In this document: positions 51,385 through 62,167 of the stretch, piece by piece | Numbering within the stretch: position 1 is the first letter of the stretch | Layout of the letters: each line of letters begins with the position of its first letter | Source of the DNA: Spirochaetota bacterium | GTDB taxonomy: Bacteria; Spirochaetota; UBA6919; CBDBPB01 | DNA length: 64,000 bases | Direction of reading: 5' to 3' | NCBI GenBank assembly: GCA_965208615.1 | Contig: CBDBPB010000002.1 | Location: 32,001-96,000, forward strand | Program-made: the position numbers and the translations under genes | The notes under the pieces: generated by a model | Database searches by the model: none | What the model was told of the DNA's origin: nothing | Seen by the model: the letters and a program-made list of their open reading frames with translations, nothing else

Positions 51385-52639
51385 ATGCCTAACAATAAAC
51401 CTATTTTAGTAGTTGGTGGCGGTATAAGCGGTATGACATCTGCTTTAGAGGCTGCTGAGGTAGGGTATGAGGTTATTATTATAGAGAGCTCTCCTTATTT
51501 TGGTGGGCGGGTATCTCAGATGAATAAGTACTTTCCTAAGTTATGTCCCCCTTACTGTGGGTTAGAGATTAACTTTAGGCGGATTAAGACTAATCCTAGA
51601 ATAACTTATTATACTACGGCTCAGATAAAGGCTATATCTGGTGAGGCTGGTAGTTTTAAGGTGGATGTTAATATTAGCCCTAGGTATGTTAACAATAAGT
51701 GTACGGCGTGTGATGAATGTGTTAAAGTTTGTCCTGTAGAGAGAAAAGACGATTATAATATGGCTATGACTAATAACAAGGCTATTTATATGAGTCATAA
51801 GATGGCTTTTCCTGCTAAGTATGCTATTGACTCTGATGTTTGTAAGTTTAGCGAGTGTAATAAGTGTGTTGATGTTTGTAAGTATGACGCTATCGATTTT
51901 GGTATGCAGTCTAAGACCATATCTTTGGATATATCATCTATTATATATGCCACTGGATGGCGTCCTTATGATGCCACTAAGATGGATAATTTAGGTTTTG
52001 GGCAATATGAAAATATAATAACCAATATTATGATGGAGAGGTTAGCGGCTTCTAATGGTCCTACTGGTGGTAAGGTTGTTAGACCATCTGATGGCAAAGA
52101 GGCTAAAAATGTGGTATTTGTACAATGTGCTGGATCAAGGGATGAAAATCACCTGCCTTATTGTTCATCTATTTGTTGTATGGCGTCTTTAAAGCAGTCC
52201 ACCTTTGTGAGAGAGCAGTATGAGGATTCTAAGGTACATATTTTTTATATAGATTTGAGGACTCCGGGTAAGTATGAGAAGTTTTTATCCAAGATAAGGG
52301 ATGATGAGAATATTAGTTTTACTAAGGGCAAGGTAGCAAAGGTCAGTGAGGATAGTAAAACCAAAAACATAATTGTAGAGGCTGAGGATACCATTGCTAT
52401 GAAAAAGGTTAAGGTTGAGGCTGACTTAGTGGTATTGGCAACTGGGATGGAGCCATCATCTTTGAGTTGTGATTTACCTAGTGAGGTTAAGGTTAATGAC
52501 ATAGGGTTTATGTCGGCTGAGCTTCAGGGTCCTGGTATATATGCTGTTGGTGTTGGAAAGCAGCCTGTTGATGTTATGACGTCTGTACAGGATTGCAACT
52601 GGTGGTGCACTAAAGGCTATTCAGACTATAAGGAGTTAA
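51385..52639 (+). CDS. qmoA: QmoA (HdrA-like flavoprotein), one +1 frameshift near the 3' end
   Basis: VGGGISG..SA.EAAE.G, KYFPKLCPP.CGLEIN, QCAGSRDENHLPYCS.ICC.ASLKQ motifs. Removing one T at 52593-4 gives the normal end QDATGGALKAIQTIRS*. Confidence 0.88.
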
Positions 52640-52641
52640 CT

Positions 52642-54813
52642 ATGGATAAAAAAAACAGCTTTATATATATGCAGTGGTTGTGGAATTGGTGAGGCTCTTG
52701 ACATTGATAAGCTTAAAGAGATTGCTACTAAGGCTAAGGCGGATGTTTTGTAAGGTACATCCTTTTCTTTGTGGTGAAGAGGGGGTATCGCTTATAAAGG
52801 CTGACATAGCTGATGGGGTTAATGCTATTAATATTGCGGCTTGTTCTGCTAGGGTTAATACTGATGTTTTTGCTTTTGGGGCTAATATAATAAATGAGCG
52901 TACATCTTTGAGGGAGAATGTTGTTTGGCTAAGTCCTCCTAATAATGAGGATACCCAACTCCTTGCTGAAGACTATATTCGTATGGGACTTGTTAAAAAC
53001 TCAGAAGTGTAATATACCAGAGCCTTTTATCCTTGATGATATTAATAGAACTGTGGTTGTTGTTGGTGGAGGGGTTAGTGGGTTAACGTCTGCTATTGAG
53101 AGTGCAAAGGCTGGATATAATACTGTTCTTATTGAGAAAAACAAAGGGCTTGGTGGCTTTGCTAATAAGTTATACAAGCAATTACCATCTAAATATCCTT
53201 ATAGATATACTGAGTCGCCTAGTGTTAATAGTCTTATTGATGAGGCTAATAAAATAGATAATATAAAGGTTATGACCAATACGTCCATTAAGTCTGTGGA
53301 GGGCATGACTGGTAATTTTACTGTTACGGTTAATAGTAATGGGGATGATAGTTCATTTAGTGCTGGATCATTTGTGGTATCAACTGGGTGGCGTCCTTAT
53401 GATGCCAATAAGCTTGGTCATTTGGGATATAGTAAGTTTAGTAATGTGATGACCAACGTTGAGTTTGAGGAGATGGCACGCACTAATAATGGTAAACTTA
53501 GCCGTCCATCTGATGGAAAGGCTATTGGGTCTGTTTTATTTGTACAGTGTGCTGGATCAAGGGATGAGAATCATTTACCTTATTGTTCATCTGTATGTTG
53601 TATGACGTCTTTAAAGCAGGCTACTTATGTCCGTGAGATGGATGATAATGCTAAGGCATACATTATTTATAAGGATATGATAACTCCTGCACAGTTTGAG
53701 AACTTTTACAAACAGGTACAGGGTGATTCGGGTATATATTTGACAAAAGGAGTAGTTGGTGAGTTCAAGGAAGAGGACGATAAAACTATAACTGTTGGGG
53801 TTAGTGAGACTTTAATAGGCGAGGATATTGATATAAAGGTTGATCTTGTGGTATTGGCTACTGGTATGGTGCCAAGTGAGCCTGATGCTTTACAGTTAAA
53901 GTATAGGCAGGGTACTGAAATACCCACCTTAGACGATTCTGGATTTTTAGATTCTCATTATATATGTTTCCCTTATGAGACAAGGCGTACTGGTATATAC
54001 GCGGCTGGACCTATTAGAAATCCTATGACTATGTATAATAGTATGCAGGATGCTACTGGTGCGGCGTTAAAGGCTATTCAGTCTATTGAGATGTATTCTA
54101 GAGGAGAGGCTGTTCATCCAAGGGCTGGGGATCAATCACATCCTATACTTAATGTTAACGTGTGTACTCAATGTAAGCGTTGTACTGAGGAGTGTCCATT
54201 TGGCTCTATTGATGAGATTATGGAAGGTGAAGAGACCCCTCAATTAAAGGTTAGCACGCCAAAGTTTAATCCTAATAGGTGTAGGAGATGTGGTATATGT
54301 TTTGGAGCTTGTCCTGTTAGGGCTCTTAATTTTGAGAACTACTCTATGGATATGATTGGCTCTATGATCAAGGCTATTGACGTACCTGATGAGGATGAGG
54401 AAAAACCAAGAATATTAGCTTTAATGTGTGAGAATGACGCCTATCCTGGATTGGATATATTAGCTATGAATCGTAAGACTATTAGTCCATGGGTTAGGGT
54501 TATACCTGTTAGATGTCTTGGATCGGTTAACACTATTTGGATTGCTGATGCTCTTAACAGTGGTATTGATGGTATTTTATTAGCTGGGTGTAAATATGGT
54601 GATGATTATCAATGTCATTTTATTAAGGGTAGCGAGATTTGTAGTAAGAGAATGGAAAACGTACAGGAGACTCTTAATAACCTAATGCTTGAAAGTGAGC
54701 GTGTTCAGCAGGTTGAGGTTACTTTGGGTGATTATGATAGGCTGGATACTATTATTAATGATTTTGCTAAAGTGATAGAGGATGTTGGTCCTAATCCGTT
54801 TAAAGACTTTTAG
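52642..54813 (+). CDS. qmoB: QmoB (HdrA-MvhD fusion), three +1 frameshifts in the 5' part
   Basis: Reconstructed MDKKTALYICSGCGIG..., ICFPYETRRTGIY, CTQCKRCTEECPFG, CENDAYP, GCK.GDDYQCHF, GPNPFK. Confidence 0.9.
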
Positions 54814-54821
54814 GAGGTATT

Positions 54822-55994
54822 ATGTCTAACAATATGCTTATAGAGCCTAGTTTAGATTTTGCTAAGGACATTGCTGATAGTGGTGCTAATTGTATGCAGA
54901 AGTGTTATCAATGTGCCACTTGTTCTACGGTATGTAAGTTATCGTCTGATGATAGTCCTTTTCCGCGTAAGGAGATGATGTGGGCTCAATGGGGATTAGA
55001 GGATAAACTAGTTAATGATCCTGATATATGGTTATGTCACCAGTGTAATGATTGTGTTAAGTACTGTCCCAGAGAGGCAAGGCCTGGTGATTTAATGGCG
55101 GCTTTAAGAAAGCGTACATTTAAGCATTATGCCATACCTGGTTTTATGGCAAAGTTATTGGGTAAGCCTAAGATGTTACCGTTGTTATTAGCTATACCTG
55201 CCATTATTTTTTTAGTTATTGTTATGGTTAATGGTAGTTTATCTAATCTATCGGGCGAGATTATTTATTCTAAGCTTGTTCCTATGGGTTATATTGATGT
55301 AGTTTTCATCCCGCTATTTTTGTTAGGGGTTGCTACGTTATTGATATCGCTAAACAGTTTTTGGAAGGGCATGAAGGCTCATGATAACCCTACTCGTGAG
55401 ACTAGTAGCTTTATTGGGGCTATTATTAATACTGCTAAGGATATTTTATTCCACACGAAGTTTAAAGAGTGCGATGTTAATAAGGCTAGGCGTATAGCTC
55501 ATTGGATGACGTTATTTGGTTTTATTGGTTTAGCCATTACCACTACGTACGTGTGGATAATAAATTGGTTTATGACTAATCCGCTAACTGGAAAGGGATA
55601 TACTACGCCTCTTGAGACGTCAGGTGCACCAGGTGCATTATTATTCAAGGGTTTTGCGACTATTAGTGCTGGATTATTTATAGTTGGTGCAATTTTATTA
55701 TTTATTAACAGAAGAAAGGCTATGACTATTTCCAAGTCTAAGACTACTGGTTATGATTGGATATTTATGGCGATGATATTTTTTACTGGTCTAACTGGTA
55801 TGTTGAGTGTTATGCTTAGAAAGCAGGAGTTAGCTATAATTGCCTATCCTATTTATTTTATACATTTGATATGTGTATTTTACGTATTGGTATATTTACC
55901 ATATTCGAAGTTAGCTCATTTAGGTTATCGTTTTACGGCAATGGTATACTCTAAATATACTGGTAGGGATTTATCTAACAAGTCTGAGGAGTAG
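54822..55994 (+). CDS. qmoC: QmoC (HdrC/HdrE-like membrane subunit)
   Basis: KCYQCATCS..C.LS.D..PFPRKEM.WAQWG, WLCHQC.DC...CPR motifs, TM helices, Y..HL, PYSKLAH. Confidence 0.93.
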   Translation: MSNNMLIEPSLDFAKDIADSGANCMQKCYQCATCSTVCKLSSDDSPFPRKEMMWAQWGLEDKLVNDPDIWLCHQCNDCVKYCPREARPGDLMAALRKRTFKHYAIPGFMAKLLGKPKMLPLLLAIPAIIFLVIVMVNGSLSNLSGEIIYSKLVPMGYIDVVFIPLFLLGVATLLISLNSFWKGMKAHDNPTRETSSFIGAIINTAKDILFHTKFKECDVNKARRIAHWMTLFGFIGLAITTTYVWIINWFMTNPLTGKGYTTPLETSGAPGALLFKGFATISAGLFIVGAILLFINRRKAMTISKSKTTGYDWIFMAMIFFTGLTGMLSVMLRKQELAIIAYPIYFIHLICVFYVLVYLPYSKLAHLGYRFTAMVYSKYTGRDLSNKSEE

Positions 55995-56086
55995 ACAAGT
56001 TATATAATTTATAAATGGGATGAGTAAGGTTTACTTTCTTTTAGTTTTTCTTTTAAGATATTATTAGGCTATTTGTAAAGAGGATC

Positions 56087-56575
56087 TAGTAGTTTACTTT
56101 TTATGATTGTTATTTATCATAGAGGATTAGGTATACTTTTTTGAAGTTTTACATATAAAGTCAATATGTAATATTTGAATAATCCGCTCTACGCCTTTAT
56201 GGAACTACAAATCCGTTAACACTTAATAAAGGTCTCTAATCCTTAGTCTCAGTAAGGGATTCTTAATAGCTCTCGAAGTGATGACTACTTGCATAAAAAG
56301 TGATATTTTGTGTTCATTACTAAGGCATTTAAGCAGCACTTAAAGAGCATAGAGGGATAACCTGCTTGATACAAGAAAATAACTTTTTCATAAATATCTT
56401 AACTTTCCTGTTCCACAAAGGAATCTAAAATCTATCTGCCTTTACGTTATATGTCTTCCTTTTGCCTTGTATCCCTCGTCATAACTCTGTCATAAAATGA
56501 TAACTAAATTATTAAATAATATCCCCTAAATAAACTAATATCAAAAAAGAAAAGCCATGCTCCCCTTAGCCTTAA
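56087..56575 (-). repeat. Dispersed non-coding element, copy C (inverted)
   Basis: Reverse complement of 50210-50647; extends in similarity to 35832-35890. Confidence 0.92.
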
Positions 56576-56748
56576 AGTATTCTAAATTAACTTATATATC
56601 TAAAACTTAAAAAATACAGATAAAATCTGCCTAAAACAGTCTTAGAATAACTTTTTTTACCAAAAAAAGCTTTGATTTTCTATAATATTATATATCTTTA
56701 TCTTTAAAATATTATATATATTCAGACTTAAAATTATAGGGGGCTTTT

Positions 56749-58524
56749 ATGCTAAAAACTAAGAGTTATTTGAAACTTTTAACAACACTATTAATTAGTT
56801 TATCACTATTTAGCTGTGATAATAATGCGGTTAATGAGGCATTAGGTGATAAAAATACCAGTGCCATAAAAACTGCAAAGGTAAAAGAAGATAAATCTAC
56901 TATAAAGGGTTATATACTAGGGGGAGTGCATGTAAGAGCTAATGCAAATGCTGGAGGTGATGGATCAACTTGGCAAAAAGCTTTTAATGACCTTCAAAAG
57001 GCTATTGATAAAGCTAAAAAAGATGGGGGCATAGTATATGTTGCTCAAGGGACTTATAAGCCTAATAGCCATCCCAACGGCGGTAGCGGGGAACGTAATA
57101 AACATTTTGCCTTACGAAATAATGTAGTAGTCATTGGGGGATATACCACTAACCGCGATAAACGGGATAAGGATCCTACTAAGACTATTTTAACTGGTGA
57201 TCTTGGTAATACAAGGGTACTTAATGTTTTTTATAATAAGGGTTTAAATAAAACTTCAAAGTTGAAGTACTTTACTATTACTAAGGGCAAGGCTGATGGT
57301 GCTAATAAGGGCAGTGGAGGGGGTATGTATAATGATAATAGCTCTCCAAGTTTGATAAGCATTAACTTTGAGGGTAATGAGGCTAAAAATAGTGGTGGAG
57401 CTATTTATAACAGTAATAGCACTTCAAATTTAATAAGCGTTAATTTTAAGGATAATAATGCTAAAAACGGTGGGGCAATGTATAATGCTAATAAAAGCTC
57501 TCCAAAGATAGTCAATTCTAGGTTTAATAATAATACGGCTGAAGATGGAGGGGGCATGTATAATGATAATAGTTCTCCAAAGTTAATGTACAGTTATTTT
57601 ACTGGTAATAAATCTATCAGTAATAACTGGCAAATAGGAGATGGAGGAGGGGGCATGTATAATAATAATAGTAAACCTATTTTATTAGGCATTAGTTTTA
57701 CTAATAATACGGCTAAATATAGGGGAGGGGGCATGTATAATTATAGTAATAGCTCTCCCACTTTAATAGATGTGGAGTTTAATAGTAATACGGCTAGAAA
57801 GAATGGAGGGGGCATGGCTAATGGTAATAGCTCTCCCACTTTAACAAATGTGAAGTTTACTAATAATACGGCTACATATTACGGAGGGGGCATGTATAAT
57901 ACTAATAGCTCTCCCACTTTAGAAAATGTGACTTTTAATAGCAATTCGGCCACATGGGGAGGGGGCATGCATAATTGGAAAAGCTCTCCCACTTTAACAA
58001 ATGTGAAGTTTAATAGCAATTCGGCCCCATGGGGAGGGGGCATGTATAATACTAATAGCTCTCCCACTTTAGAAAATGTGACTTTTGAGAGTAATACGGC
58101 TACATATTACGGAGGGGGCATGTATAATACTAATAGCTCTCCCACTTTAAAAAATGTGAAGTTTAATAGCAATTCGGCCCCATGGGGAGGGGGCATGTAT
58201 AATACTAATAGCTCTCCCACTTTAGAAAATGTGACTTTTGAGAGTAATACGGCTACATATTACGGAGGGGGCATGGTTAATTATAATAATAGCTCTCCCA
58301 CTTTAGATAATACGGTGATTTTTAATAAAAACATTGCTGGTAGTGTTGCTAATAGCCAAATAGGCGAAGGCGGGGCTATTTATAATGTTGTTGGTTCTAG
58401 ATATGGTCCTGACTCAAGAATAATAGGCACACCAACCTATGGAACGGGTGATGATGAAAATAAAAAGGTTATCAAAGTGGATAATACATATAAACTTGTA
58501 AAGTCAAACCTTGAGTCAGGCTAA
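56749..58524 (+). CDS. Pmp-like beta-helix repeat lipoprotein
   Basis: Lipobox LFSC; same N-domain as the 48667 gene; about 13 GGGMYN..SSP.L..V.F..N.A repeats; internal duplication with 153-bp period (57982/58135). Confidence 0.88.
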   Translation: MLKTKSYLKLLTTLLISLSLFSCDNNAVNEALGDKNTSAIKTAKVKEDKSTIKGYILGGVHVRANANAGGDGSTWQKAFNDLQKAIDKAKKDGGIVYVAQGTYKPNSHPNGGSGERNKHFALRNNVVVIGGYTTNRDKRDKDPTKTILTGDLGNTRVLNVFYNKGLNKTSKLKYFTITKGKADGANKGSGGGMYNDNSSPSLISINFEGNEAKNSGGAIYNSNSTSNLISVNFKDNNAKNGGAMYNANKSSPKIVNSRFNNNTAEDGGGMYNDNSSPKLMYSYFTGNKSISNNWQIGDGGGGMYNNNSKPILLGISFTNNTAKYRGGGMYNYSNSSPTLIDVEFNSNTARKNGGGMANGNSSPTLTNVKFTNNTATYYGGGMYNTNSSPTLENVTFNSNSATWGGGMHNWKSSPTLTNVKFNSNSAPWGGGMYNTNSSPTLENVTFESNTATYYGGGMYNTNSSPTLKNVKFNSNSAPWGGGMYNTNSSPTLENVTFESNTATYYGGGMVNYNNSSPTLDNTVIFNKNIAGSVANSQIGEGGAIYNVVGSRYGPDSRIIGTPTYGTGDDENKKVIKVDNTYKLVKSNLESG

Positions 58525-58553
58525 TAAGTATATTTATTTAGTCAGTTAAAATT

Positions 58554-58579
58554 AAGGGGAGCATAGCTCCTCTTTTTTT
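58554..58579 (+). terminator. Rho-independent terminator
   Basis: AAGGGGAGC-ATA-GCTCCTCTT plus T run. Confidence 0.8.
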
Positions 58580-58620
58580 ATGGTTTTTATAACAAAGTAG
58601 CAGTTATAGCATAAATAGAC

Positions 58621-58649
58621 TTGACTTATCCTTCTATAAATATTATAAT
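58621..58649 (+). promoter_or_regulatory. Near-consensus sigma70 promoter
   Basis: TTGACT-17bp-TATAAT. Confidence 0.7.
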
Positions 58650-59112
58650 ATGTGATAGAACAAGTTATGCTATTAGTTGTTCTAATAGTGTAGATTAAAC
58701 TAAGCTAACTTATATTTCTAAAACTTCCTAAAATCTATTTGGCAATAGTCTTAGAATAACTTATCTAAAAGCTAGAATAATTAGTAACTCTAATCCACTA
58801 AAATGACTCATAAGACTTCTTTTATAATCAAATTATCATAGAACGTCATATTAGTCTATTTGCCCGTACAAAAAAATATAGATTAAAATACCTATACTAC
58901 AGCAATATTAAAAAGTTTAATAACATTATTCTTCTGGTCTTATACTAACTTTTTTATAAAAACTCTTTACTATATATAATACTTATACTATATTATTAAT
59001 ATGCAATATAAATGAACAATAAATATAATATAAAAGTATTTATTGTCAAGGTGAATTTTACTCATATTAAGATATATTGTAAAAATTAAACTATTTTATT
59101 AAGGAGGCTTAT

Positions 59113-59622
59113 ATGAAAAAGCTTAACAGAAGAGGTTTTTTAAAGTTAAGCTCTGGAGTTGCAGGAGCTGTTATAGTTAGTACATCTTGCGGTAATAGTG
59201 GTAGTATTGCTGATAGTTCTAATAAAAGTAGTAGTTCTTTCCCTACAAATACTATAGCCCAGTTAAAGGAGCTTAAAGTCGGAAAACCAAAGGATTTTAA
59301 CTATCCTGATAAGAATTCCCCATGTATTTTAATCAAGTTAGGTAATAGTGCTTTGGGTGGGGTTGGTCCTGATAAAGATGTTGTGGCATTTAGTAAATTA
59401 TGTTCTCATATGGGATGTCCTGTACTTTATGATAGTAAAAAAGCTGTATTAAAATGTGGTTGTCACTTTAGTATTTTTGATCCTGGGGTAGCTGGTCAGC
59501 AAGTATGTGGTCAGGCTACTGAAAAACTGCCACAAGTTGTACTTGATTATGACTCTAAAAGTGGTGCTATTAGTGCTACTGGTATGAATGGTATAGTTTA
59601 TGGCAGACAAAGTAATATTTAA
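59113..59622 (+). CDS. aioB: Arsenite oxidase small (Rieske) subunit
   Basis: Tat RRGFLK; F.YPD..SPC, GGVGP..D.VA.S.LC.HMGC, C.CHFS.FD, CGQAT..LP, G..YGR..N motifs. Confidence 0.95.
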   Translation: MKKLNRRGFLKLSSGVAGAVIVSTSCGNSGSIADSSNKSSSSFPTNTIAQLKELKVGKPKDFNYPDKNSPCILIKLGNSALGGVGPDKDVVAFSKLCSHMGCPVLYDSKKAVLKCGCHFSIFDPGVAGQQVCGQATEKLPQVVLDYDSKSGAISATGMNGIVYGRQSNI

Positions 59623-59637
59623 TAAGGAGGAAATTAT

Positions 59638-62097
59638 ATGAATGCTAAAAGAATACCTTTACCCCCTAAAGGGACTAAACCTAGTAATTTAACTTGTCAT
59701 TTTTGTATAGTTGGTTGTGGATATAGGGTATATAAATGGCCTATAAGTAGAGAGGGAGGTCCTAGTAAGGGTGATAATGCTCTAGGACTTGATTTTACAA
59801 AGCCATTAGTGGCACAAGAGATAACTTTAACCTCTTCTATGGTTAACGAGATACAGGATAATAACGGCAGAAAGTATAATATAATGATTATTCCTGATAA
59901 AAAATGTGTTGTAAATGAGGGCTTATCATCTACTAGAGGTGGAGCTTTGGCTAGCTTAATGTATAACAGTGCTTCTCCTACTAGTAATCGTTTAAAATAT
60001 CCATCAATATTTACTGGAGATAGCTGGTCTGATACTAATTGGGATTATGCTTTAGATTTGTATGCCGCTCTTACAAAGAAGATATTGGATAATGATGGAC
60101 CTGATCAGATATTTTTTAATGCTTTTGATCACGGTGGAGCAGGCGGTGGCTTTGAGAATACTTATGCTAGTGGAAAGTTAATGTTTTCGTCTATAAAGAC
60201 TAAGATGGTACGAATACATAATAGGCCTGCATATAACTCTGAGTGTCACGGTAGTCGTGATATGGGGATTGGTGAGTTGAACAACAGTTATGAAGATGCT
60301 CAACTTGCGGATACTATATTTTGTATAGGGGCTAACCCTTATGAAACACAAACTAATTACTTTTTAGCACATTGGTTAGCCAACTTTAGGGGAGCTAGTT
60401 TAGATAAGAAAAAGAAACGTTTTCCAGATGAAACCGTTGATAGCGCTAGGGTTATATTTGTTGATCCAAGGCGTAGTCCGACTATTGCTATTAGTGAGCA
60501 GATTGTGGGTAAGGATAAGGTTTTACATTTGGACATAAATCCTGGTACTGATATAGCTTTATTTAATGGTCTTTTTACTTATGTGGTTGATAAGGGTTGG
60601 CATGACAAGGAATTCATATCTAAACATACTAGCGGTTTTGACTCTTCATTGGCTAGTAATAGGATTTCTTTGGATGAGTGTAGTAAAATTACTGGGGTTA
60701 GTAAGGATAAGATTATTAAGGCGGCAGAGTGGGCTTATAAGTCTAAAAAGTCTGGTCATAGACCGCGAACAATGCATGCTTATGAAAAAGGTATTATATG
60801 GGGTAATGATAATTATCATATACAGGTGTCATTAGTGGATCTTGTATTGGCTACTCATAATGTGGGACGTCGTGGTACTGGGGTTGTTAGATTAGGCGGA
60901 CATCAAGAGGGATATGCTAGACCTCCATATCCGGGTCCTCGTCCTGCTCCGTATATAGATAAAGAAATTATCAATGGTAATGGTAAGATGCTTACTGTTT
61001 GGGCGTGTAATTCGTTGCAGACAACTTGTAATGCGGATACTTATAAAAAAGCAATATTAAAAAGGTCTAATATAGTTAGGGATGCTCTATCTAGGTTAAC
61101 TGCACCGTCTTTAAATAAGGTGGTAGATACCATATATAGTGCTATTAACAGAGGTGGACTTTTTATTACTACTATTGATATTTATCCTACTAAGTTTGCT
61201 GAAGTTGGACATCTTGTTATGCCGGGTGCTCATCCTGGTGAAATGAATTTAACATCCATGAATGGTGAAAGAAGAATGCGTCTTTCTGAGCGATTTATGG
61301 ATCCTCCTGGTCTTGCTAAACCTGACTGTCTTATAGCGGCAGATATTGCTAATAAAATTAAGGCCTTATATGCTAAAGAAGGTAATAATGAAATGGCTGA
61401 TCGCTTTTCTGACTTTGACTGGAAGACAGAAGAAGATGTATTTAATGCTGGATTTAGAAAACCAAAAGGTATAGATAGTCAGGGGGGTGGAACAGGTAAT
61501 ATAGCTAGTTATGAGCGTCTTAAGGCTATGGGTAATGACGGTGTTCAGTTGCCAATTAAGGAATATAAGGATGGTAAGCTAGTTGGAACAGAAATGATTT
61601 ATTCTGATTATAAGTTTTCTACCAAAGATGGTAAGGCTCATTTTATGAGTTCTCCTTGGAAGGGATTACATCCTACTGTAGCTAAACAAAAGAAAAAGTA
61701 TAACTTTTGGATAAACAATGGTCGTAATAATCAGATATGGCAGAGTGCTTATCATGATAGGTATATGGAGTTTAGAAAAAACCGTTATCCTATGGCGCCT
61801 GTTGAGATTAATCCTGTTGATGCTAAAAAGCTCAATATAAAAAGTAGTGATATAGTTGAGATATATAATGATTTTGGTTCAACTTATGCTATGGCATATT
61901 TAGAAGAGGATATAAAGCAGGGTCATGTATTTATGATGTTTGCATATCATAATGGTACAGCCGGGGATATTACCACTGATGCTGTTGATGAGAATATTGT
62001 CCCTTATTATAAAGGTACATGGGCAAACATTCGTAGGTTTGGTACTATGGCTGAATATGAAAAAACTGTTAGTTTTAAGTCGAGAAGATATAGTTAG
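59638..62097 (+). CDS. aioA: Arsenite oxidase large molybdopterin subunit
   Basis: [66 protein letters not shown] motifs. Confidence 0.96.
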   Translation: MNAKRIPLPPKGTKPSNLTCHFCIVGCGYRVYKWPISREGGPSKGDNALGLDFTKPLVAQEITLTSSMVNEIQDNNGRKYNIMIIPDKKCVVNEGLSSTRGGALASLMYNSASPTSNRLKYPSIFTGDSWSDTNWDYALDLYAALTKKILDNDGPDQIFFNAFDHGGAGGGFENTYASGKLMFSSIKTKMVRIHNRPAYNSECHGSRDMGIGELNNSYEDAQLADTIFCIGANPYETQTNYFLAHWLANFRGASLDKKKKRFPDETVDSARVIFVDPRRSPTIAISEQIVGKDKVLHLDINPGTDIALFNGLFTYVVDKGWHDKEFISKHTSGFDSSLASNRISLDECSKITGVSKDKIIKAAEWAYKSKKSGHRPRTMHAYEKGIIWGNDNYHIQVSLVDLVLATHNVGRRGTGVVRLGGHQEGYARPPYPGPRPAPYIDKEIINGNGKMLTVWACNSLQTTCNADTYKKAILKRSNIVRDALSRLTAPSLNKVVDTIYSAINRGGLFITTIDIYPTKFAEVGHLVMPGAHPGEMNLTSMNGERRMRLSERFMDPPGLAKPDCLIAADIANKIKALYAKEGNNEMADRFSDFDWKTEEDVFNAGFRKPKGIDSQGGGTGNIASYERLKAMGNDGVQLPIKEYKDGKLVGTEMIYSDYKFSTKDGKAHFMSSPWKGLHPTVAKQKKKYNFWINNGRNNQIWQSAYHDRYMEFRKNRYPMAPVEINPVDAKKLNIKSSDIVEIYNDFGSTYAMAYLEEDIKQGHVFMMFAYHNGTAGDITTDAVDENIVPYYKGTWANIRRFGTMAEYEKTVSFKSRRYS

Positions 62098-62110
62098 TAA
62101 TGTATAATAT

Positions 62111-62142
62111 GCCTTCTTCTATTTCTGAAGAAGGCTTTTTTT
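62111..62142 (+). terminator. Terminator after aioA
   Basis: GCCTTCTTC...GAAGAAGGC plus T7. Confidence 0.85.
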
Positions 62143-62167
62143 AATATTTAAGTAAACCGAGAATGAA

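Noticed and set aside
52674-53012. Separate 112-aa gene between qmoA and qmoB
   Set aside because: It is a frameshifted piece of the qmoB 5' region.
46727-58524. Diversity-generating retroelement acting on Asn (AAT)-rich beta-helix turns
   Set aside because: No reverse transcriptase or template repeat in the window, and variants include non-adenine changes (GAG, AAG, TCG, TGG).
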